Below, piece after piece: positions 57,982 through 64,000 of a DNA stretch of 64,000 nt. The position numbers and the translations under genes are program-made. Below the pieces are notes generated by a model. It did not search any database, was not told where the DNA came from, and was given only the letters and a program-made list of their open reading frames with translations. Every line of letters starts with the position of its first letter. Within the stretch, counting starts at the first letter, position 1. Source of the stretch: Spirochaetia bacterium (GTDB lineage Bacteria > Spirochaetota > Spirochaetia > CAKZLE01); NCBI GenBank assembly GCA_021736385.1, contig JAIPFY010000006.1, positions 869 through 64,868 on the forward strand. Direction: 5' to 3'.

Positions 57982-59553
57982 TCAGGTGAAGAGTCTGATG
58001 CCGCCTATCCGGTAGCACAGCAGCACGATCAGACCAAACAGGCACGAAGCGATCGAGGTGTACAGGAAGATCATCATGCTCGAGGTATGTATCCACCAGG
58101 CCATCGGTACGAGGAAGTGATAGAGCACACAGAGAGCTGTCAGCGGAGTGAGCAGCAGTATCAGATGTCCTGCATGACGAATGATCGCTGCAGTCGGGAA
58201 GAGACTGCCTGCCGTGCGTCTGAGAACGATCAGCAGAAAGATACAGCCGAACAGGAAGCTGAGCGTATGAGCCAGTGCAAGGTAGGAGACATCGCAGCCT
58301 CTGCTGATGAACAGCAGTGATAATCCGATATCGATCACTGCGACGAAGACCGAAGCATGGACGGTCGATCTGAACTGATCGATCGAATAGAACAGCCGTG
58401 TGAGGAAGTGATAGATCGCCGTCACGACCAGACCATAGGAGAACATCGCAAGGGTCCGTGAAGTAAGGATCGTAGCCTCTGCGCTATAGGCCCCCCGGTA
58501 GAGGATCGATGCCACGAACTCCTGCTGCAGGGTGATCAGCAGCAATGCCGAAGGGAGCAGGAAGATGAGCAGTCTCTTGATCCCCTCCTCTATCTGCCCC
58601 GATAATCCTTTCATATCCCCGCGATGGAAGCTGCTGCTCATCTTGGGGAAATAGACCGTGACGATGGCATTGAAGAACAGACCGTAGGGCAGCTGCCAGA
58701 AGATGATGGAATTGGAAAAAGCCGTGATACTCCCCTCCTGCAGTCCTGAGGCAAGGAAGAAGGCGACCTGCTGATTGATGATCGCGACCGAAGAGGTCAG
58801 CATGACCGGAAGCCAGTAGGTGATCACCGCCTTCAGATCGGGCCCGCGCAGGTTGGTGGTCCAGCCGATACCGAACCCGGTACGATACAATGCAGGGAGG
58901 ATCACCATAAACTGCATCAGTCCCCCGCATACCACGCCGATGAGGAACGAAAGTGCGCCGAATCGATCGGACAGCAGCAGCATGGAACCGATCACAGAGA
59001 TGGAGAAGGTGATCGGTGAGGCAGCAGCTGCAGTGAATCGGCTGCTGCAGTGCAGTACCGCATGTATGATGGCGACCAGAGAGATGAGCAGCAGATAGAT
59101 CACCAGATAACGCAGCATGAGGGCGGCAAGGCTGATCATCTCAGCAGAAGTGAAATCAGAGAGGAACCTGATGATCTGTTCACTGAAGAGAAACACTGCC
59201 AGACCCAGCGGGATGAACACGATCGTCTCAAGGGTCATCATCTGTCTGACCAGCAGCACCGAACGCTGAGTGTGATCTCTCCTGTCCGCTTCCACTGTCC
59301 TGGTGAGTACCGGGATGAATGCCGAAGACAGGGCGCCTTCGGCAAGCATCTTTCTCAGATTGTTGGGGATGGTGAAGGTGAAATTGATCACATCCGCCGT
59401 ACCGGAAGCTCCGAAGATACTGGAGATGACACTGATGCGTATGACACCGAGGATACGTGAGAGCAGCGTGAAGAACATGATCACCGAAGAGTTCCTGGTA
59501 TCCAGGCGGTTGTTCTCGACCGTTTCAGTACCTGCTGCCCTACTTCCGTTCAT
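57982..59553 (-). CDS. murJ: Lipid II flippase MurJ
   Basis: LLSRILGVIRISVISSIFGASGTADVINFTFTIPNNLRKMLAEGALSSAFIPVL is the MurJ N-terminal signature. 14 TM helices. Confidence 0.85.
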   Translation of the reverse strand: MNGSRAAGTETVENNRLDTRNSSVIMFFTLLSRILGVIRISVISSIFGASGTADVINFTFTIPNNLRKMLAEGALSSAFIPVLTRTVEADRRDHTQRSVLLVRQMMTLETIVFIPLGLAVFLFSEQIIRFLSDFTSAEMISLAALMLRYLVIYLLLISLVAIIHAVLHCSSRFTAAAASPITFSISVIGSMLLLSDRFGALSFLIGVVCGGLMQFMVILPALYRTGFGIGWTTNLRGPDLKAVITYWLPVMLTSSVAIINQQVAFFLASGLQEGSITAFSNSIIFWQLPYGLFFNAIVTVYFPKMSSSFHRGDMKGLSGQIEEGIKRLLIFLLPSALLLITLQQEFVASILYRGAYSAEATILTSRTLAMFSYGLVVTAIYHFLTRLFYSIDQFRSTVHASVFVAVIDIGLSLLFISRGCDVSYLALAHTLSFLFGCIFLLIVLRRTAGSLFPTAAIIRHAGHLILLLTPLTALCVLYHFLVPMAWWIHTSSMMIFLYTSIASCLFGLIVLLCYRIGGIRLFT

Positions 59554-60658
59554 ATGCCGACAGGTACTCCCGTTTGTATTCCGTGAAGCGATCGGCTTCG
59601 ATACTCATGCGAATGTTATGCATGAGGTTGTGGAGGTAGGTCAGATTGTGCTCAGAAGCCAGCATCGCTCCCAGGATCTCATTGGTCTTGAACAGGTGTC
59701 TCATATACCCTTTTGAATAGGTGGTGCATGCACGGCATGTACAGCCTTCCTGTATCGGTCCCTGATCGAACTCGTTGATGACTTTCTTCATATTGATCAG
59801 CCCGTGATCGGTGAAGACCGATCCGTTTCGGGCTGTCCTGGTGGCAAAGACACAATCAAAGATATCGATACCGTTCTCTACGGCCTCGAAGATATAGGAG
59901 GGGGTCCCGATCCCCATGACGTACAGAGGTTTGTCCGACGGAAGGGATTCAACCGTCATGGCAAGGAACTCAGCATACGTGTTGAAGGGTTCCCCTACTG
60001 ATAAGCCACCGATGGCGATCCCCGGGAAATCGAGACTTGCGATATACTCCGCACTCTCTTTGCGAAGGTCTTCATAGAAGTTTCCCTGGACGATACCGAA
60101 GAGTTTCCCCTCGTAGGTGTCGCTGTAGGATTCCCAGGCACTCTTGGCACGTCGTGCCCAGTCATGGGTGATTCTCATCGCCTTGAGAGCCTCCTTCTTA
60201 GGGAGATCGGGAGGAGTACAGACATCGAGACACATCTGTATGTCACTGTTGAGGTATCGCTGGATCTCGACGACCTTCTCAGGAGTCAGATGATGGGAAG
60301 ACCCGTCGATATGGGATCTGAAGGTGACCCCCTCCTCTCTGATCTTCCGGAAGGTGGCCAGGCTGAATATCTGAAAACCACCGCTGTCAGTCAGGATGTT
60401 GTGATCCCAGGAACTGAACTGATGGAGGCCCCCGTAGGCTTTGATCACTTCGATCCCCGGCCGGAGATAGAGGTGATAGGTATTCCCGAGGATCATCGAA
60501 TATCCCATCTCTTCGATGGTCTGGTGATGCAGGGCTTTCACCGTACCGTTGGTCCCAACCGGCATGAACGCAGGAGTCTGTACGACCCCGTGTGGAAGAC
60601 GGATGGAGCCGGTGCGTGCTTTGGAATGTGCATCTTTATGGTTGAGCGTATAGATCAT
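59540..60658 (-). CDS. tgt: Queuine tRNA-ribosyltransferase (tRNA-guanine transglycosylase)
   Basis: VQTPAFMPVGTNGTVK, LTDSGGFQ and the zinc site CTCRAC..H. Confidence 0.9.
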   Translation of the reverse strand: MIYTLNHKDAHSKARTGSIRLPHGVVQTPAFMPVGTNGTVKALHHQTIEEMGYSMILGNTYHLYLRPGIEVIKAYGGLHQFSSWDHNILTDSGGFQIFSLATFRKIREEGVTFRSHIDGSSHHLTPEKVVEIQRYLNSDIQMCLDVCTPPDLPKKEALKAMRITHDWARRAKSAWESYSDTYEGKLFGIVQGNFYEDLRKESAEYIASLDFPGIAIGGLSVGEPFNTYAEFLAMTVESLPSDKPLYVMGIGTPSYIFEAVENGIDIFDCVFATRTARNGSVFTDHGLINMKKVINEFDQGPIQEGCTCRACTTYSKGYMRHLFKTNEILGAMLASEHNLTYLHNLMHNIRMSIEADRFTEYKREYLSAYERK

Positions 60659-60659
60659 A

Positions 60660-61745
60660 TCAGGTCCTCACATGTCGTAAAAGTTGAATACTGAGCAGGG
60701 AAAAGACGAAGATCGGCAGCCATGCACCGACGATCGGCGGTATGAAGCGCTGTTTTGCCAGCAAGATGGTCACCATCTCGAACACGAAGTAGCAGACAGA
60801 GATGATAATACATAAGAGCAGGCTGTTCAAGAGGATGTTCTTCTTGAATCTGCTGCCGAGGGAACAGGAGATCAATATGACGATAAGCGGTGTGAGACTG
60901 AAGGCGAATCGCTCATAGTAATCGGTCAGAAGAGACAGGTAGGTGTTCCTGTCGAGTATCTGCATGCGATCGATATAGGCACGGGCCTCCTTCAGTCGCA
61001 TCTGCTGGATATCGAAGGTGATGTCCCTGAAATCCTCCGGCATGAACCAGGAATCGGTCAGGATCATCTGCGCATCTTCAGACGAGCTCACCGTGCCATC
61101 GGCATCGATATCATACGTCACGATACCGGAGAGCAGCCAGTGCCTCGCCTCCGGGTCATAGGTCGCTCTCGTTATATCCTGCCGTCTGGTCACTGCCCCG
61201 GCAGCATCTCTGCTGATGATGATCAATCCCGAGATCTCCGAGGTCCTGTCATGGTAGTATCGTGCAAAATAGACCTGTCGTGTATCGTTCGATATGAGTA
61301 CGACATTGGTGTTGTTGTAGGACGTGGAATAGCCGATGACCGTCTGTGTCAACTCCTGCTTCTGTGCATAGGTATCGATGACAGCGAACTCCTGGAACAG
61401 GAACCCGAAGATACTGAGCAGGAGACCAAGGATCACGATACTCCTGATGAAACTGAAGAACGATATGCCGGAGTTGAGCACACTCACCAGTTCATTCCTC
61501 GAATGCATGGTGGATATGCTGTAGGTGACTGCGAACAGGATCGAAGGAGCCAGTGCATAGCTCGCAGCCTTCGGGGTATAGAGCAGACTCAATCGAACGA
61601 CCTGCAGGAAGGGGATGGTGTTGCTGATGTACATATTGATATTGGTGAACAGATCGAGCAGGAGTACGATCACGGTGAAGATGAGTACTGAATAGATGAA
61701 GGTCTTGATCACCTCTGATAACAGATACCTCTGCATCACTCTCAT
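60660..61745 (-). CDS. LptF/LptG-family permease (YjgP/YjgQ)
   Basis: RYLLSEVIKTFIYSVLIFTVIVLL at the N-terminus, and the six-TM-plus-periplasmic-beta-jellyroll architecture. Start chosen at MRVMQRYL, with an ATGA overlap onto the upstream paralog. Confidence 0.75.
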   Translation of the reverse strand: MRVMQRYLLSEVIKTFIYSVLIFTVIVLLLDLFTNINMYISNTIPFLQVVRLSLLYTPKAASYALAPSILFAVTYSISTMHSRNELVSVLNSGISFFSFIRSIVILGLLLSIFGFLFQEFAVIDTYAQKQELTQTVIGYSTSYNNTNVVLISNDTRQVYFARYYHDRTSEISGLIIISRDAAGAVTRRQDITRATYDPEARHWLLSGIVTYDIDADGTVSSSEDAQMILTDSWFMPEDFRDITFDIQQMRLKEARAYIDRMQILDRNTYLSLLTDYYERFAFSLTPLIVILISCSLGSRFKKNILLNSLLLCIIISVCYFVFEMVTILLAKQRFIPPIVGAWLPIFVFSLLSIQLLRHVRT

Positions 61746-62998
61746 GTTCTCATCCTGCGGGAGAGGAATATGATACCGAAGCTGAACAGGAGCAGATTCG
61801 GTGCCCACATGATCAAGAACGGATGGAGCGTGATCCGAGTGCCAAGCGTCTGTCCGGCAAAGAGCATGAACCAGTAGGCCACCGAGGTGATGATGCCAAC
61901 GGTGAATCCGACAAGGCGGCCGTTCTTCATGGGGATCAGACTGAAGGGCATGGCGAAGAAGACCAGAAAGAAACAGGCGAAGGGCAGCGCGGTCTTCTTG
62001 TAGAATTCCAGTAGATAGTACTGCAGGGTCTTGCTGAACAGCGAGGTCTCCCGCCTGTCTAGCAGCTGCTGATAGGATGACCGGTAATCCCTTCGGGCAA
62101 GATCATATGCATCGAGCCGATAGTTGGAGATGATCGAGTAGCCGAGCTCCTCGATCGACGTATCGAGTGTTTCCTGCTGCTCCCGTACCTCCTGCCGTTT
62201 CAATCGCAGATCGGTATTGAGATCTCTCAGGCTCTTCTCGTTCGGGGCGACACTCATCAGATTGAAGCTGATATCCTTGAGCTGCAGAAAGTAATCCATA
62301 CGCTCGGCAACCGCATAGTCGTAATCGAGCGCACCGCTGCCCTTTGGTGACAGACTCTGCACCGATGAGAGGGACAGTGAGATCAGCTGCTGGTCATCAT
62401 CGGAGCTCAGTGAGGCAACCTTGCTGGAGATCATATCTACCTCTTTCTGCCCGGTATCGATGATCAGAAGGTTCTCGATGGAGTTATCATCCACCTGCCC
62501 GTTGACGAAGATCAGATCATTGAATCGTGCGACCGAGTAGGATTCCAGGTCGAGTCCGGGGTTCTCGTAGAGCAGCTCACGATACAGGGCCTTGTAGCGG
62601 ATGGTACCCAGCGGCAGGAACACATCATTGAGCACGAATGACATCCCGGTAAGGACCATGCTGAATATGACGATCGGTGTGATGATCGACCGGTAGGAGA
62701 TCCCGCTGGTTCTCATTGCCTGGATCTCGTTTCGCGAGGAAAGGTCTCCAAGAGCCATGGTCGCACCGGTCATGGAGGCAAAGGGAATCGAATAGGATAG
62801 GATGATGGGAATCGAATAGAGCAGGATGAGAAACATATCAAGAGCAGATACATTCTTAAGCAGGATGTTGCGGGCTACCAGAAGGATCTGATTGATGAAG
62901 AAGATAAAGAAGAAGAACAGGAATGAAATGACAAAAGAGAATGCATACTCCCGAAGAATGTATACGTGAAGAGTATGATTCCTGTGCTCGTTCTTCAA
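61742..62998 (-). CDS. LptF/LptG-family permease (paralog)
   Basis: ILREYAFSFVISFLFFFFIFFINQILLV at the N-terminus, and a C-terminal TM bundle. Confidence 0.75.
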   Translation of the reverse strand: MKNEHRNHTLHVYILREYAFSFVISFLFFFFIFFINQILLVARNILLKNVSALDMFLILLYSIPIILSYSIPFASMTGATMALGDLSSRNEIQAMRTSGISYRSIITPIVIFSMVLTGMSFVLNDVFLPLGTIRYKALYRELLYENPGLDLESYSVARFNDLIFVNGQVDDNSIENLLIIDTGQKEVDMISSKVASLSSDDDQQLISLSLSSVQSLSPKGSGALDYDYAVAERMDYFLQLKDISFNLMSVAPNEKSLRDLNTDLRLKRQEVREQQETLDTSIEELGYSIISNYRLDAYDLARRDYRSSYQQLLDRRETSLFSKTLQYYLLEFYKKTALPFACFFLVFFAMPFSLIPMKNGRLVGFTVGIITSVAYWFMLFAGQTLGTRITLHPFLIMWAPNLLLFSFGIIFLSRRMRT

Positions 62999-63010
62999 TG
63001 CAGCTCTCCA

Positions 63011-63451
63011 TCATTTTCCAGTCGAGCCGAAGCCCCCGCTACCACGATGTGAATCCTGTAGATCATCAGCCGGCACGAAAGAAGCCTGCTGCACTGGTGC
63101 AATGACCATCTGTGCGATCCTGTCTCCACGGCTGATGCTGTAGGGCTGTTGGCCATGATTGATCAGGATGATCTTCACTTCTCCCCTGTAATCAGAATCA
63201 ATGGTCCCCGGGGTGTTCAGGACGGTGATGCCGTATCTGGCAGCCAATCCTGAACGAGGTCGTATCTGCGCCTCATACCCGTGCGGGATCTCCAGAAACA
63301 GACCTGTTGGAACGAGGGCGGTATCGCCCGGTTCCAACACGATCGCAGTATCAGGGTCCATATATGCATACACGTCTGCGCCGGCAGAGCCGGCTGTTGC
63401 ATAGGTAGGCAGTACAGCTCCCGGAGAAGCTTTCACCTGAACTGATACCAT
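63011..63451 (-). CDS. dut: dUTP diphosphatase
   Basis: LPTYATAGSAGADV, RSGLAARYGI, GTIDSDYRGE, GDRIAQMVI. The ATG at 63451 (MVSVQVKA) immediately follows the pnp TAA stop. Confidence 0.9.
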   Translation of the reverse strand: MVSVQVKASPGAVLPTYATAGSAGADVYAYMDPDTAIVLEPGDTALVPTGLFLEIPHGYEAQIRPRSGLAARYGITVLNTPGTIDSDYRGEVKIILINHGQQPYSISRGDRIAQMVIAPVQQASFVPADDLQDSHRGSGGFGSTGK

Positions 63452-63452
63452 C

Positions 63453-64000
63453 TTATTTCTCAAGCTCGATCAGTGCATCGACATAGCTCAAGTTCAGTCT
63501 TCCCATACGATCCACTTCAAGAAGCTTCACCGGTATCGACTGGTTCATCTTCAGCACTTCTGAGACACTGTTGATCCGTGACTTGGACATCTTTGAGATA
63601 TGGCACAGGCCCTCTTTCCCTGGAAGGATCTCGATGAATGCACCGAAGTCGGTGATTCGTTTGACCGTTCCCTGGTAGATCCTGCCGATCTCCGGTTCTT
63701 CGACGACTGATTTGATCAGGTCTTTCGCAGCAAGGGCAGATGCTTTGTTCTTACCATAGATCGTGATCTTTCCATCATTCTCTATGTTGATGTTTGCGCC
63801 GGTCTGTTCAGCGATGCTCTTCACATTCTTTCCGCCAGGTCCGATGACCGCTCCGATCTTCTCTTCATTGATCGTCATGATCTCTATCCTGGGAGCGTAG
63901 GAGGAGATATCATCACTGGGTTCTGCTATGACTTTGTTCATGATTCCCAGAATATGCATTCGGCCTCTCTTAGCCTGCTGCATCGCATTGTACATCAGTT
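63453..64000 (-). CDS. pnp: Polyribonucleotide nucleotidyltransferase (PNPase), C-terminal KH and S1 domains only. The N-terminus lies beyond the window end.
   Basis: KH domain IGAVIGPGGKNVKSIAEQTGANINIENDGKITIY and S1 domain GRIYQGTVKRITDFGAFIEILPGKEGLCHISKMS. Confidence 0.85.
   Translation of the reverse strand, partial: LMYNAMQQAKRGRMHILGIMNKVIAEPSDDISSYAPRIEIMTINEEKIGAVIGPGGKNVKSIAEQTGANINIENDGKITIYGKNKASALAAKDLIKSVVEEPEIGRIYQGTVKRITDFGAFIEILPGKEGLCHISKMSKSRINSVSEVLKMNQSIPVKLLEVDRMGRLNLSYVDALIELEK

Overview
This window reads as a conserved core-genome segment of a spirochete-like anaerobe. That identification is an inference from gene content: a complete rnfCDGEAB operon, an ~890-aa GreA-family elongation factor of the unusually large type reported in spirochetes (e.g. 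Borrelia), LptF/G-type permeases, and about 50% GC with strong GC3 bias that creates many long antisense shadow ORFs. Nearly all of the 64 kb is tightly packed housekeeping genes. In window order these are: a partial TPP (acetolactate-synthase-like) enzyme, an ABC-2 exporter, a CaCA Na+/Ca2+ exchanger, ssrA with smpB, lepB, hemW, yebC, ruvCAB, queA, tmk, rnfCDGEAB, a GH57-like gene, prfB (with its programmed +1 frameshift, visible in the sequence), ftsY, a LolCDE/MacB-like FtsX-family ABC exporter, a DnaQ-like exonuclease, rnz, a thiamine pyrophosphokinase, aroH, tRNA-Thr and tRNA-Tyr, dnaG, rpoD, RNase P RNA, a fused B12/radical-SAM-DUF2344 gene, mazG, rpsA, cmk, an RluB/RsuA-family pseudouridine synthase, scpAB, recA, dtd, rpe, the large greA, murJ, tgt, lptF/G, dut and the 3' end of pnp. 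Three RNA genes are missed by the ORF track: a tmRNA at about 5628-5985, the RNase P RNA at about 42031-42375, and the two tRNAs. I found no transposase, integrase, CRISPR array, restriction-modification, toxin-antitoxin or other recognisable defence or mobile module. I therefore cannot support the presence of a self-contained novel system. The most interesting loci are small uncharacterised gene sets embedded in conserved operons. The first is a secreted YD-repeat-like protein translationally coupled between ftsY and the FtsX-type ABC exporter. The second is a membrane protein with a degenerate GGDEF-like domain paired with an acidic protein. The third is an FGE/SUMF1-domain membrane protein beside smpB. 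The fourth is a membrane protein coupled to the end of prfB. Coordinates follow the supplied ORF track and include the stop codon. Where I chose an internal start, or derived an RNA end by hand, allow an error of 1-3 nt; between about 2480 and 3300 my hand indexing is offset by 1 nt from the ORF track.
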